A stretch of 64,000 nucleotides of DNA. Source: the human T2T-CHM13v2.0 reference genome, Homo sapiens. Location: the NCBI RefSeq assembly GCF_009914755.1, contig NC_060932.1; one strand, written 5' to 3'. This document shows positions 1-13,329 of this stretch, in pieces (positions within the stretch are counted from its first letter, which is position 1; every line of letters begins with the position of its first letter). Under the pieces are notes generated by a model. It was given only the letters and a program-made list of their open reading frames with translations, was not told where the DNA came from and searched no databases. The position numbers were made by a program, and so were the translations under genes.

Positions 1-308
1 TAAAAGCTAAGTATTGATAAACTGTCACATCTTTCTAAATATTCCAAACCAGTCAAAACCCCAAAATATTTGTGTGGATATGTACAAGTTGATTCCAAAA
101 TTTACATGGAAATATAAAGGACTTACAATAACCAGAATAATCTTGAATAAAAAGAACAAAGTTGGAGTGTTTATTCTACCTGATTTCAGCGCTTACTATA
201 AGATTCTAATAATAAATACAATGTAATGCTGTAATAAATTCAGGCATAGCAATCAGTGGAACATTCTAAAGAGTCCAAAAATAGACCCACTCTTATATGG
301 TCAGTTAA
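1..308 (+). mobile_element. Old L1M ORF2 fragment
   Basis: Resembles L1 ORF2 3' region (aaagaacaaagttggag...ctacctgatttcag...gagtccaaaaatagacccac). The ORF at 14..226 gives L1-like KFTWKYKG...NKVG...LPDF. Confidence 0.8.
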
Positions 309-2490
309 GTTTTTTTTTTTTAACTGTGGTAAAATATACATAATATAAAATGTACCATCTTAACTATTTTTAAGTATAAAGTTCAGTAGCATTTCGTGCA
401 TTCATTTTGTTGTGTAACTATCACCACTATTCATTGCCAGAATTTTCATCATGCCATACTGAAACTCTGTACGCATTAAACAGTAACTCTCCATGCTCTC
501 CTCCTCTTAACCCCTGGTAACCACTGTTCTACTTTCTGCCTCTACATTTGACTATTCTGGGTAGATCTTGTAGGTGGAATCATACAATATCTGACCATTT
601 GTGGATGACTTATTTCAATTATCATAATGACTTTAAGGATCATCCATGTTGAAGCATATATCAGAATTTCATTCCCTTCAAAGGCTGAATAATATTCCAT
701 TGTGTATTTATACCACCTTTTGTTTATCTTCTCACTCGGTAGTAAACATTGAGGTTGTTTCCACCTTGGCTTTTTGAAAAATGCCTCTAGGAACATGGGT
801 GTACAAATATGTTTGAGTCACCACTTTCAATTATTTGGTGTATATACCCAGAAGTGAAATTGCTGGATAAAATAGTAATACTTTGTTCAACTTTTTAAGA
901 AACTGCTGTACTCTTTTCCACAGTAGTTGTACCATTTTCCATTTCAACAAGCAAAATACAAGGGTTCCAAGTTCTCCACATTCATGCCAAGCCTGTTGTT
1001 TTCTGTGTTTTTGATAATAGCTATCCAAATAAGTGTGAGGTTGAATCTCACCGTGGTTTTCATTTGCATTCTCCTGTCAATTAATAATGTAGAGCATCAT
1101 TTTATGTGCTTATTGTCTACTTGTGCGTCCTCTTTGGGTAAGTGTCTATTCATATCCTTTGTCTATTTTTGAATTGGATTGTTTGTTTTTTGGAGCTTAG
1201 TTGCAGGAGTTCTTAATGTATTTTAGATACTAGTCCCTTATCAGATATGTGATTTGCAATATTTTCTCCCAAATTGTGGATTGCCTTTTTACTCTATTAG
1301 TATTTTTGATGCACAAAAGTTTTTAATTTTAATAAAATCCATGTCAATTTTTTCTTCTATTGGTCGTACCTTTTATACCATCTCCAATAAATAATTGCCA
1401 AATTCAGTGTCATGAATCTTTTCCACTATATTTTCTTCTAAGAGTTTACAATTTTTGCTCTTACTTGTGCGTTTGGTTATATTTTAAGTTAACTTCTGTA
1501 CATAGCATTAGGTAAAGATCCAACTTCATTCTTTAGCATTTGGATATCCAGTTCAAAATCATGTGCCGTATATATAAGGGGGTATTTGTGGCCTCTCTAT
1601 TCTAGTTTATTAGTCTATATATTTGTCTTTATGCCAGTAACGCACAGTTATGCCTTTTGTTTGTTTGTTTTTACTGTAGCTTTATAGCAAATTTTGAAAT
1701 CAGCTAATTTGGGTTCCTTAAGATCTCAAATAAATTTTGGAATGAATTTTTCTATTTCTTGAAAAAATATCATTGCAGTTTTTATAAGGATCATGTTGAA
1801 TCTGTAGATCACTTTTAGTAGTATGGACATCTTAATAATAGTAAGTTTTCTGATAGATGAACATAACATCTTTCCATTTATTTATGGGTACTTTGAGTTC
1901 TTTTAGCAATGTTTTGTTGTTTTCATGTACAAGTCTTTCAACCCCTTGCTTAAGTTAAAACCTTAGTACTTGATAATTTTTGATAGTATTGTTAAAAATT
2001 ATTTTCTTAGTTTACTTTTGGATTATTTATTGTTAGTGCACGGAAATGTAATGGATTTTTACATTTTGATTTTGTATTCTGCTACTTTGCTGAATTTATT
2101 AGTTCTAATAGTTTATTGCGGAATGTTTATGGTTTTCTACATATAAGATTATGTCATCTGTGATTCAAGATAAGTTTACTTATTCCTTTCAAATTTGGAT
2201 GACTATTATTTCTTTCTCCTGCCTTATTACTCTCGTTAAGATTTCCAATACTATGCTGAATAAAAGTGGTAAAAGCAGGCATTTTTTTTCTTATTCCAGA
2301 TCTTAAAGGAAAAGCTTCATTTTTGAGTATGATATTTGCTGTGGGTTTTTCATATACTGCCTTTGTTATGATGAGGTAGTTGTCTACTATTCCTAGGTGG
2401 CTGAGTATTGAGGCAGTTTTGAATTTTATCATCGAAAGGTATTGAAGTTTGTCAAATGCTTTTTCTGAATCAATTGAGATGATCATGTGT
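309..2490 (-). mobile_element. L1MB-like LINE, 3' portion
   Basis: Poly-T, then an L1MB-type 3' end (aactgtggtaaaatatacataatataaaatgtaccatc). Minus-strand ORFs give ORF2p peptides ([13 protein letters not shown]..., WYKYTMEYYSA). Confidence 0.9.
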
Positions 2491-3313
2491 GCTTTTTAAT
2501 TTTTTTTCTTCTGCTCTATAACTCGCTTTTCTTACCTGAAAGTACTTCCTGGGACCCCTGTCCCGGGAAGGAATTCTATCTTCTAGGTCTGCATCTGAGG
2601 AAAGCCAATCTACAACAGAGAAAGTAGCACACTGTACTTTCAGATAACCAGATATTCTTTGAGAAAAACTCCCTTTGTCTGTTTTTTAAAACCTCCCACT
2701 GGTAAAGGCCCGCAGACGCCTCTGTATTAAAAGATACCCTCTTTAAACTTGACCTTTCACAGTGCACTGTTTGTGTTGTATTGCCACAATACATAGTCCA
2801 TGTGCTCGCTGGACAGGGATCACCTCTCTTATCAGCTAATTATGAGATGAATTTGAGACAGTAGGGCAGAGATAAACATCCAACTTTGGAGAGCAGAAAG
2901 TCTCATCTGAGTATTACAACAAATAGAGTGTTAACTCTCAGTCTGCTTAAGTGAGTGGAAAGGTTAGGAGAATGTTCTAAGGAAAGGCAGATGTTAGTCT
3001 GAAGAACCATAGGCAAGGATGCTATTTTGTTATCTAGAAGCAATGCTCTGAAGTCCTGGGTGGAAAATAGAACAGTCAGGGGCAGGGGACTGAAAACAAG
3101 ATTGCTATCAGGCAGTTTACTCATGAGGGAGAAAAATGAAGCTCCACTCTGCTGAAAAATCCTGAGGATTATAGAATGTTGTAGTTTTTTCTCCAACCCC
3201 ACAATAGGGAGGAAGTTGTTTATATTTTCAGGTCTATCACATTAGCTGAAAGCTGCTTCTAGGATTGTCTTTGCCTGACACTTTTGACCTGCCTTGCTCA
3301 GGCTGAAAGAAAG

Positions 3314-4132
3314 TGTTACAGTTCAGTCAAGCTCCTCTTGCCCACTTCACAGAAAAAGCCAATACAATGAGACAGCCAGTATTGCATTAGATGAAGAGTT
3401 TAATACTTGCAAGGCAGTGAAGCAAAGAGGACAGGAGATATTTCTCAAATCTCTCTGCCTGGAAATTTGAAGACTAGCGTTTTAAGGATAGTTTGGTGGG
3501 CAGGCAGCTATGGAGTGGGTTGTACTGACTGGTTGGATCAGGGCCTAAATCACAGTGCTGCCAAAACTGTCCTCAGGCATTTAGTTAGCTCCTGGGTGGA
3601 GTCACTGGTCTGGGTGGCATTAGCTGGTCTACTAGAATGCAAAGTCTGAAAAATATCTCAAAGACCAGGCTGAGGTTTCACAATAGCAGTGTTACCTAGA
3701 GGGGCAACTGGGGAAGTTACAAATCTTCAGACCACTGGCTATGTGAATCCTGAGCAGCAAGCAATTATAAAAAGCAAGCTAGGAAACAATGCCTAGGTGC
3801 TGTTTATGCCTATGTCTTAGCAGAAATCAGGTCCCTAGCATAATTATAATCTTATGGCCTTTCATTAGTTTTACAAAGGCAGTTTCAGTCCCCAGTATGG
3901 AAAAGCTTAACTTTGGGAAGCGACTATTATCATCCTTGCTTTAAAGTTCCTTGCTTTAAAGTTAAACTATAAACTACATTTTTCCATTAAATTGTAAAGT
4001 AAATCCCTCCCATAGTTATTTTGGCTTTTGCACAGAAATAAGCAAAGGTAGTTAGCTTGTGAGGTTAGACGCACTAGGGAGTCAGTTATGCCAGATTTCT
4101 CTCATTGTTATAATTGTGCAAAAGTGGTTCCA
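3314..4132 (-). mobile_element. ERV1 solo LTR, LTR8-family (MER4 group)
   Basis: TG...CA termini, perfect 4-bp TSD AAAG (3310-3313 / 4133-4136). Body matches recalled LTR8 consensus motifs in reverse. Confidence 0.85.
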
Positions 4133-6147
4133 AAAGCCCTTGTGGACTGGGACTCAGGGATGGCAGTGGGACAAGGTCTGGGATAGGGAGTTAGTGGTAG
4201 GCCTGACAATTTCTCTGTATCTGCACCAAGGCAGGAGAGGGTGCCATCAGCCCCAACATTAACCCACTGACCATGAAGGATAAACAGTGAGATGTGAGCC
4301 CAGGTAAAAGGCTCACTCTGAGGGAGAGGGCACAGAACTGAGCATTTGGAGAAGCTCCAGTCAGGCAAAATGTTGGTATCTGAAAATCAAGGATTGGCAG
4401 ATGGGTCAAAACCCAGGCGTCATGCCAAGTGACCCTCTTAGCTCCTTGCTCTGAATTCCTGGACATATTGTAGGGCATAGCTCAGTTGCAGAAACAAGAA
4501 TTGAGAATTCGTGGTAAGTATGTAAGGGCAGCCTCTGTGAGAGGGCAGGATATAGGATTTGGATAGTAAAGGGACCCCTGGGAAAAGGCTTTGCTTCACA
4601 AAATCTCTAGAATTAAGAGAGGAAACAGGTAATACAGGGTCAGCGCCAGAAAACCACAGGCTGATGAACCTGTAGCTGAGCTCCAGGGCTTTATCAGGGT
4701 GAGCTTCTAATGAAGGTGACTTAACAATAACCCCTATCAAATGGGGCTTAAACCTGCTCATCACTCCCTGATTAGTGGGTCTGGGAGTTTATAGTAGAAG
4801 TCAAGTAGCTCCTCAGAGGCTTCAGGAGGTGACGCAGAGAAAAAACACTCTTGACATATTTAGCACATCTGACTCTAATTTTAGTTATGCAGAAAGTCCT
4901 ATAAAATATTGATCATTTAGAAACTTGTGTCAACATTTTCACCTACAAGAGACAGCTAGAGAGTTAAAACTGAAATATCCAACGCATTTACTGTGACTTC
5001 TATCAGCAAAATACTGCTTTCCCCCAGTGCCTTTTATTAACTACTTTTGAGGAACATTCTGTGATTTCTTCAGAGATTACACAGTTGAAGTTTTAGCATT
5101 GAGTTCATATCAGATAAAACCTGTTTCATCTGTGATCATTTAAAAATAGTATCAAAACGTAGGCAGCAATTATTCAGGATCTTTAGATGCAGATAGTAAA
5201 GTGACTGTTGATCAGAATGATGCATGGCCGTTGTCAGATAGATGTGTTAAAGCTTCAGTTAACATACAAGAAAGCAATCATCTTCCCCTGGTGCTCCAGG
5301 GGAGCTGAAATCCAACATTCAGTTCCTGTCATCCTTCTGAATGGTTTACCACTCTAAGTCAGAGATATCTGTGGCTGTTCTCATGGTAGTATACCCTTCA
5401 ATGGGCCCTGAAGGAAAATTAAATTTAGCCTGTGCTAGTTTTAAATATTGACGAAATATTTTTAAAAGGTAAATGAGGGTAAAATCAATACAAGATGGCT
5501 ATCTATTTCCCCATAGAGACACCAGTTTCAAAGGTGTTGCTAGTAAAAAGATACGAAAACCATGAAGAATCATGGAGCTTAAATTCCAAACATGACAGAA
5601 CTGTCAGATAAATAGCATCAATACAATCAGTACCTCAGTGTAATGGGCACCATTAGACTTTAAAATCAACAAAACAACTTCTTCCAGTTTCCTTGTGGAA
5701 TAAAACACACAATTAGCAATCCCACGAGTGAAACCACAATTTCCTGAAGATGACTTTAAGAGAACTAATATCTACTATTAACCTTGGAATTTGTACTGGC
5801 TTTCACATGGGTGTGACATGATGTAGGATGTGGCTTTTTGAGGTTCATTATCTGTGAAAATGTGATCCAGAGAGAGAATGTATCTAGACTAGTGCACCTA
5901 TTATGGATAGATTCTTAATAGGTCATCTGGGAGGCATGGTGTGTGCAGGCCTAGATAGGAACATTGTTTTTTCTTTTTCCCACATCACAGAGCTACTCAC
6001 TGAAATCTGTCAACATGGAGATTGGAGTCTGTGTACACACACATGCACAAAATACACGTTGTCTATATTTTTTAAACTTTTAAAAAAAACTCTTGTATGC
6101 CAATGTTATCATTTATTTGCTGATTTTAATGAGATTGCATTCTTCTT

Positions 6148-6612
6148 TTATTTAAAAATATTGAATTTACAAAGAATATATATATTCAAGGTGTATAATA
6201 TGATGACTTGATAGATATATATACATACACATTGTGTAATGATTTTTACAGTAATGTAACACATCTATCACCTCCCCTGCTATATATTAGACCCTGAGAT
6301 CTTGTTCATTTTATAACTGAAAGTTTGTACCTTTTTATCAGCACCTTCTATTCTTCCATTCCTCAGCCCCTGGAAGCCACCATTCTACTTTCTGTTTCTG
6401 TGGATTGGACTTTTTTTTAGATTATGCATGTGCGAGGTCATACAACATTTGTCTTTCTGTGCCTGACTTATTTCACTAAGCATAATGTCCTCTGTTCATT
6501 TATGTTATCACAAACGGAAGGGTTCCCTTCTTTCCTCTGGCTGCATTATAGTCAACTGTGTATATATATGCTTTATCCATTCATCTGTTGATAGACACTT
6601 AGGTTGTATTCT
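6148..6612 (-). mobile_element. L1MA-like 3' end fragment
   Basis: tatattcaaggtgtataatatgatg...ataactgaaagtttgtacc...gacttatttcactaagcataatgtcc, typical of L1MA8-10 3' UTR in reverse. Confidence 0.85.
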
Positions 6613-6850
6613 ATAAAATTTGACCCATTCTAAGTAAATACAACTGATTTTTCAAAATGTTTTAGAGGTAAAAGTGGTCACTGATTACTAACATTGATAA
6701 AGAAGCTATCAGTTTAATCCCGTTTTTACATTTGATTGTATGTTTATAAACTTTTCAATCAGAAGTATTTTATGTTTGCGCTTCTCCTTGTTTGGCCTTT
6801 TTGGGTAGACTGACATTCCAAATGTGTGCAAATAAGACTAAGAAAAGGAA

Positions 6851-7181
6851 GGCCGGGTGCGGTGGCTCACATCTGTAATCCCAGCACTTTGGGAGGCCGA
6901 GATGGCCAAATCACGAGGTCAGGAGATCGAGGCTATCCTGGCTAACACGGTGAAACCCCTTCTCTACTAAAAATACAAAAAATTAGCCAGGCATGGTGGC
7001 GGGCGCCTGTAGTGCCCGCTACTCAGGAGGCTGAGGCAGGAGAATGGCATGAACCTGGGAGGCAGAGCTTGCAGTGAGCCGAGATCTCTCCACTGCACTC
7101 CAGCCTGGGTGACAGAGCAAGACTCCATCTCAAAAAAAAAAAATAAAAAGACTCCATCTCAAAAAAAAAATAAAATAAAAA
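6851..7181 (+). mobile_element. AluY-like SINE with duplicated 3' end
   Basis: Full dimer. AluY diagnostics cctggctaacacggtg, agaatggcatgaacc, agcttgcagtgagcc. A-tail present. Confidence 0.95.
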
Positions 7182-8129
7182 CAGAAGGAGGAAGGGAAAC
7201 ATTTTTCAGGAGTAGAAAAATACTTGCAGATGGGCAAGTACTGTTTAGAGAGTTGTGATTTTATAACAGAAAGATAATACAAAGGCCTACTCTTGAAACC
7301 TAGAGTGTCCCTGTCTTTTATTATTAGAGATTGTTAAATTGAAAAGACAGTGCTGGAAACCCCTTCTCTCTATTTCTTATGTGATGTTTCTTTTTTGCCA
7401 GTCAGTAGTCACCACTAGGGACATTTACGTTCCTAATTTCCCAGGGCTTATGCGGTTCCAGATATGGCAGCCCTGGAAGAAAAGATTATGGCTCCAGTGA
7501 AAACATTGTCACCGGATCCCCTGGTGGTGGCCGCAGTGGGATTAGCCCGAGTTGGTCACAGTTGTAGTCAGCCTGTGGCAACACCATCTCAGGTTCCATA
7601 GTCTGGGCAGCAGTCCCCAGGGACTACTGCCTGTGTCTCCTTTGATTAGGATAGACAGAACAGATGCAGTTGGAGGTGTTGGTGTTGTTATTTGAAGGCT
7701 CCTCCAAACGTAGAAGCAAATGAATGATAATATTTACCACAAGAACAATGGCACCCACAGAAGGATACCTTATTAACAGAGTTAATTTTTTTGTGAAATA
7801 CATTGCTAGGTATAAGATTCATATTAAGGATATTTATCTTAACGTGTTTTGTTAAACCTAGCATTGTTAAATCCACTTGTTATTGTGCATCTTGTTTTAT
7901 TTTACCTTTAAAATAATTTTAATATGAGATTTTCTTTATACATATAAAGCAAATTTATTGACAACTCTTTAATACTTAGTTTTTTCTTACATTTTGTACC
8001 TATTTGTCTTTCTATGGGGCACTAAAGGTGACTCCTTCTTTCTTCTTTTCAGTTCATAACTCTTTCTTTGACAGATTGAGTCCATTATTTAAACTATTGA
8101 ATTTCTGATTCTTATTATTATGTTTTTCA

Positions 8130-8245
8130 CTTCTAAATGAATATAATACTATCTGTCTTATCGGGTAATTGTGAAGATGAAACAAGTGAATGCAAGTAAA
8201 AGAGAATATGGTCTCTGGCACATAGTAGGAGCTCAACAAATAATA
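8130..8245 (+). mobile_element. MIR 3' fragment
   Basis: gggtaattgtgaagatgaaacaag...ctggcacatagtaggagctcaacaaat resembles the MIR 3' end. Confidence 0.7.
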
Positions 8246-8913
8246 TCTTTATTAACATGACACATGATACAATGTGGGTGTGTATAGACATGGTGATACA
8301 CAGAGTACAGAGGTCTAGGTCAGGAACTGCTTTCCAGAGGATGTGATTAAGGTCCCACCTCTTAAATAGCAGGTAGAATTTTGCGGGATATATGTAATTT
8401 TGCAAGACATATGTAAGTAGCATTTAAAGCAGACAAAAAGTGTATGCAAAATTACCAATTACCAAACTGTTAAAAAGCATGCCATAATCAAGGATGGTTT
8501 AGTCATGGGACATGTTTCCTGCAGGATACAGTTGGGAAGGATGTAAGGTGGGGTGCAAAGTGTATTGGTGGGTTGTGGTGCCATCAATAAAGGGAGCAAT
8601 TTAAGTAGGAAAATCAGGTTTTAGAGCGGTGTACAATGGAAGTTGAATTGAGACCAAAAAAGCTTAGACCATTTAGAACCAATGCAATTTTGTCATAGAC
8701 TGATATCAAGATGGAAACTAAAATCAGTTAATTAAAGCAATGGTGCCTGGTTCCACTGGCTTATCAGTTACATTGCTCACGTTTGTGATTTTACAGATTT
8801 GTCATACTTACAAAAAGATATGTCATTATTTACACAAATGAATTTTTATAACATTAAATGTGAGTGTAAAGTTCAAGAGGGTTATGATCAATCATGTGCC
8901 CATCAGCAGCTTA

Positions 8914-9000
8914 ATGATAGATAGAGATGGATGATAGATACATAGAGGCATAGATGGATGACAGATATAGACAGATGATTGATTCATAGGTATCAATAGA
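8914..9000. repeat. Degenerate (GATA/GATG)n simple repeat
   Basis: tgatagatagagatggatgatagatacatagagg...gatgattgat. Confidence 0.75.
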
Positions 9001-9039
9001 TTAATTTAACACTGTTCATTTGTTTTTTTCTTCTTCCTT

Positions 9040-9900
9040 AAAATGGTTGACAGTTTGATGTATTTTGTAATATTTTCATCCCTTAGCTCTCATACTGAGT
9101 TTTGGAGTTTGAGAAAGTCTGCCATCTATCTATTTTTTCTTTGTAGGAAAACTGTCTCTTCTTTCTGAGTGTTGAAGATTTCAGAATCCATGCCCATCCA
9201 CGCCCCATGGTAATCTGCTGTGTCACTCTGACATATCTATCTGAAGATGTATTTTCTTTGCTTGAGAGTCACAAGACCGGAATATGAAAATTTATGTATT
9301 TCTTCAATTCTGAAGAATTTTTAGCCATTATCTTTGAAGAGCCTCCTCTCTATTATCTGTGTTCTTTCCTTCAGTAACATTTGGATGGATGTTAGATCAG
9401 CTCCCTGGATTCTCCATTTTCTTACGTTTTTTCATATTTTGAACTTGTCTGCCCTCTGTGGACTCTAAAGGCAACTCCTCCCATCTTCCTTTCAGTTCAC
9501 TATCTCTCTCTTTGGTTACATTGAGTCTATCATTTAAACTATTTATTGAATTTCTGATTCTGGCTATTATGATTTTCACTTCTGGAAGTTCTATTCTATC
9601 CTATTTTATATTTGCCTCATAGTATTTTACATCACGATTATACATTTGATATCTCCTTTCTATCAATATTAATCTTGTTAGACAATCCTATTTATATGCC
9701 GTATCTGTAATTGCAAGATCTGCAGTCTGTATAGATCTGACTCTGTTATCTGTTCTTTGTTCTGCTGCTGATGCACTCACTAAATTCCATTTCCTCCTGG
9801 GATTTCTCACTGTGGGCTCATGGTCTTGGCACTCTATAAGTATCCCTCAGTTTGGCTCTATAATGTGTTATGAAGATAGAATTTACAATTAGTTCTTTCA
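9040..9900 (-). mobile_element. Ancient L1ME/HAL1-type ORF1 region
   Basis: ORF 9397..9579(-) RIRNSINSLNDRLNVTKERDSELKGR resembles the L1 ORF1p coiled coil. Flanks contain ttttagccattatctttgaa, typical of L1 ORF1 in reverse. Boundaries approximate. Confidence 0.65.
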
Positions 9901-10415
9901 GGTGAAGGGGCTATTAGCAACCCAGATATTCTTTAAACTAAATTCTCAGTTGGGGATATGAGGCCACACAGGTAGAGACAATTCATCACACACCCACCTG
10001 TGGGCCAATTCACAAAATCTCAGAAATGGTTTTTAATTCCTTCATCCAGATCTGAGGTCAAGATTGGCAAGTTTCTTTACTATAATCCTTTGGGTGATAG
10101 GAATGGTTTTTCATACTGACACACTAAGAGAGTTTTCTATGCAGGTGACGGTGCCTCTCCTGTCCTGCTTGGGTCCTTCCAGTGATGGCCCTGAATGTTT
10201 GCCTTTGGGTCTCTGCTCGTACAGACTTCTTACCTGTGAATCTTTATACTTCGTCATCATTCCTGACAACCGAGACATTTTTCTTCTTTCCTTATTACTC
10301 TGACTGCACGTTTGACATTATTTTTATTTATTTTATTCATCATTTTATTGTGTGTTGTCTTGGAAAGGGATTTTAAGTATATCTGACTCAAAGGAGTGTT
10401 AGACTCAAGATTAGT

Positions 10416-10457
10416 TGTGTGTGTGTGCATGTGTGTGCGTGTGTGGGTGTGTTTGTG
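10416..10457. repeat. Imperfect (TG)n
   Basis: tgtgtgtgtgtgcatgtgtgtgcgtgtgtgggtgtgtttgtg. Confidence 0.85.
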
Positions 10458-10479
10458 GAAAAGCTATCAGATCTGAAGT

Positions 10480-10672
10480 GTACAGGCCTGGCTTCTAATA
10501 TCAGTCTCCCCATTTGCCAACTTTGTGAACCTGTGTGACTTCTTGCTTTCTCTGAATCGTTGTTCGTATGAGGGAAAAACAGAGACCACCTACTATACAT
10601 AGTTCACTGTGGCAAAATTAAATGAGATTGCATTGCCTAGGTGACCACTAGAGGTGAACAATAAAGATGGCT
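10480..10672 (+). mobile_element. MIR
   Basis: aggcctggcttctaat...gctttctctgaatc...cacctactatacatag...ttaaatgagat resembles the MIR core. Confidence 0.65.
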
Positions 10673-13329
10673 GTCTTCTTCCTTTCATCTGGATAATTGT
10701 TTCTTTCTCTAATTCACTTTGTCTAAAACTTTAAATTATTATCCTGGATGAGTAATTTGAGCTGCATAAATAATCTTTCTGTGTAAAATTAGAAAACAAA
10801 ACTTCTCACCTTAAAAGAAATTTTTCGTGAGTGAACAAATGTTGTTTAAATGCAAAGGAGTTTCATTATTATTGCTTTAAACCAAGGAGTTCTGAAAATG
10901 GCAGTAATGTAAAGCAGCCTAGAGGTATTCCAAAGACTACAGTCTTATGAAGTTTATATTGTTTCTGCAGAAAAGCATTTACATTAAGAAGGTAATATTT
11001 AAATGAGATTGAATATAAACTAATAGGCTGAAATCTATATTGTTCTGGAAATCAGTAATCAGGACACACTAGAAAGTGAAATGGAATAGGTAATAACGTA
11101 AATATAAGGTTAATGTAATTGATGTAAATGTTTACTTATACCTATACATGTTAACATAATATATCAAGGAGTAAGATTTTTGGTTAAAATTTCTCATTTT
11201 TGTCAACAATATATTTGAAATATACTCTTCCCATGAAACAGTTCCTCAGTTGTTTTAGTAGCACAAGTAGTTTTAGTTTAAAAAAATATATTTTTCTCCT
11301 CTCCAAGCCAGTAAAAGTTCCTCTTTCAGTATATTATATAAAACTTAAATTATTTTTGTATTTAATCCACATAATTTTGCATGATGCTTGCTATCATACA
11401 TATTGTTAATTTTTACTACATATGTGGAAACGGTAAGATAGCCACCTTTTTAAAAAAATTAATAATAAATTTATAAGTGGAATGTGGGTAACCAAAGCCC
11501 AGAGTTTAAATAAGCCTTTTAATTTTCAGAGCATTAAGAAGGTAGTGATTGAAATTTATATTTGATAAATGGATTGCTGTTAATGTATCTAGGCATTGAA
11601 GAGACTTAATACATGATAACAATGGGTGATTATGATGAGAGAGTAAAATGGAGAATGTTCTGAGTGTTCAAATATTGAGCCACATAGGCCATCCACTTTT
11701 CTTTGTAGCTTAATATTTTTATTTTTACAATGTCAATGCTTTTATCTTCATGTTAATTATTTTAGATTGTATCTTTTCTCTCTTCATCTGTGACAGCAGT
11801 CTGTGCAATCTTAAACAAAATGTCCCAAGTACAATTAAACTTGTATAATCATCAGTATGGATATTGGTTTTTGCACTGGGCATTCACTCAGTGATAATCT
11901 GTGGTTTGTGGGATCATTTGCTCGCACACTAAATATTCCTGGATTGCCATGGAGGTTATAAGCATAGTCACACATGTGCACATGCATGGAATGGTTCTAT
12001 AGTTCCTCCTGCTTCATTCCATTCTAAAACACTAAGTCTGTTACTTTCCTATACAGTGGGCTTGGATCCACATAGCCAATATGTCAAATGTGTAGTACAA
12101 AAAGTGAGAATCTGAGTGAGAATTTAAGGCCTTCTTACTTAAGAGCATAAATTTTGAAATATGTATTAAACAATAGTGGTGATTTATTTTTCTTCTTTAT
12201 GGTTTTCAAGACTATTATTAATATATGAGTTTGCAGATTAGCTAAATATTGGAAATTTGAGGTGTTACTGTGGCTTGTATTTTATTATACTTAGTTCTTG
12301 GTAATTTACAGAATATTTTAGATAGATTACTTAAAATGTTTGAAGTGTATTTGAGACATTTTGTTTATGACTACTTATATTCATATCACATCATTATTTT
12401 GCTAATTTGTCTGTATCATTGCCTTTTTCCATAAATGAAGACTTTGACATCCATGTGATTTAATGCTAAGATCTGTCCATAATAGAGTGATAGCCGTGCT
12501 GAACTCTATGTCATGGATCCCATTACCCTGCATTAGAGCAATGGAGTCAAGCAGATACTTGTTCTGTTCTATCCATAGCTTAACACCTGAGTGACTGTGA
12601 CGATGATTCACTGTCTTTGCTTCAAATGTCACATAAAGTAATACATTCAAGTGCACTTTGGACACTATAAATTGCTATAGTATAGGAGGACTTATTTTTA
12701 CTTGTACTTGAAAAAGTGTTTTAAAGAAGAAATTCTAGGTGGTTTTAAACCCACTGGAAAATTTGGTAAAACAATTGTAACTTATAAAAAATTTATCTTC
12801 AAAGATATGTATAACTTCAGTTTGAACCGCCATGATATACACTTTCCTAAGTGACATCAATAAAATCAAAGCAATTGCTTATATACACAAGTTGGAACAT
12901 CTCTGCGATAAGGAGCATATGCAGAATTTTGACACTCCTTGAATTTTCTACTAGTTATGAAGCACGTGCCACATTATCTTACTCTGTAGACTGTATATTC
13001 TGAGACTTAGCGATTTATAGGAGAGAACTGACTTCTATTTCAGAGTCTATCAAAAGGCACCTATGTGATCCTCACACTTTACTTTCTCTAGACGCAATAT
13101 TTGCTTTCTTAGCATGTAGAATTATACTTATGAAATGTCGCCCAGTTATAATATTCCATGGCTTGCTTCTCTTTTTTCTTCTAAATCTCCTCTAACAGTG
13201 GAGATGTTATATAATTGCCTGCAAGTGGCTCACGTAAGATATAAATAAGAGTGTGCTTTTCTCACCTTTCATGAACTACTACATCACACTTCATTTTCTT
13301 GTCCATTCAGTCCCTTGCTCCCTTAGATG

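Noticed and set aside
4137-4830. GC-richer stretch with several overlapping 67-108 aa ORFs
   Set aside because: No recognisable protein and no splice-site support. It may be an old LTR remnant that I cannot name.
5284-5303. 8-bp hairpin tcccctgg-tgct-ccagggga
   Set aside because: A stem this short is expected by chance in 64 kb.
7410-7700. GC-richer island with a partial CTCF-like motif (ccctggtggtggcc)
   Set aside because: The motif lacks the GGCGC end of the core and it is not a CpG island. Origin unassigned.
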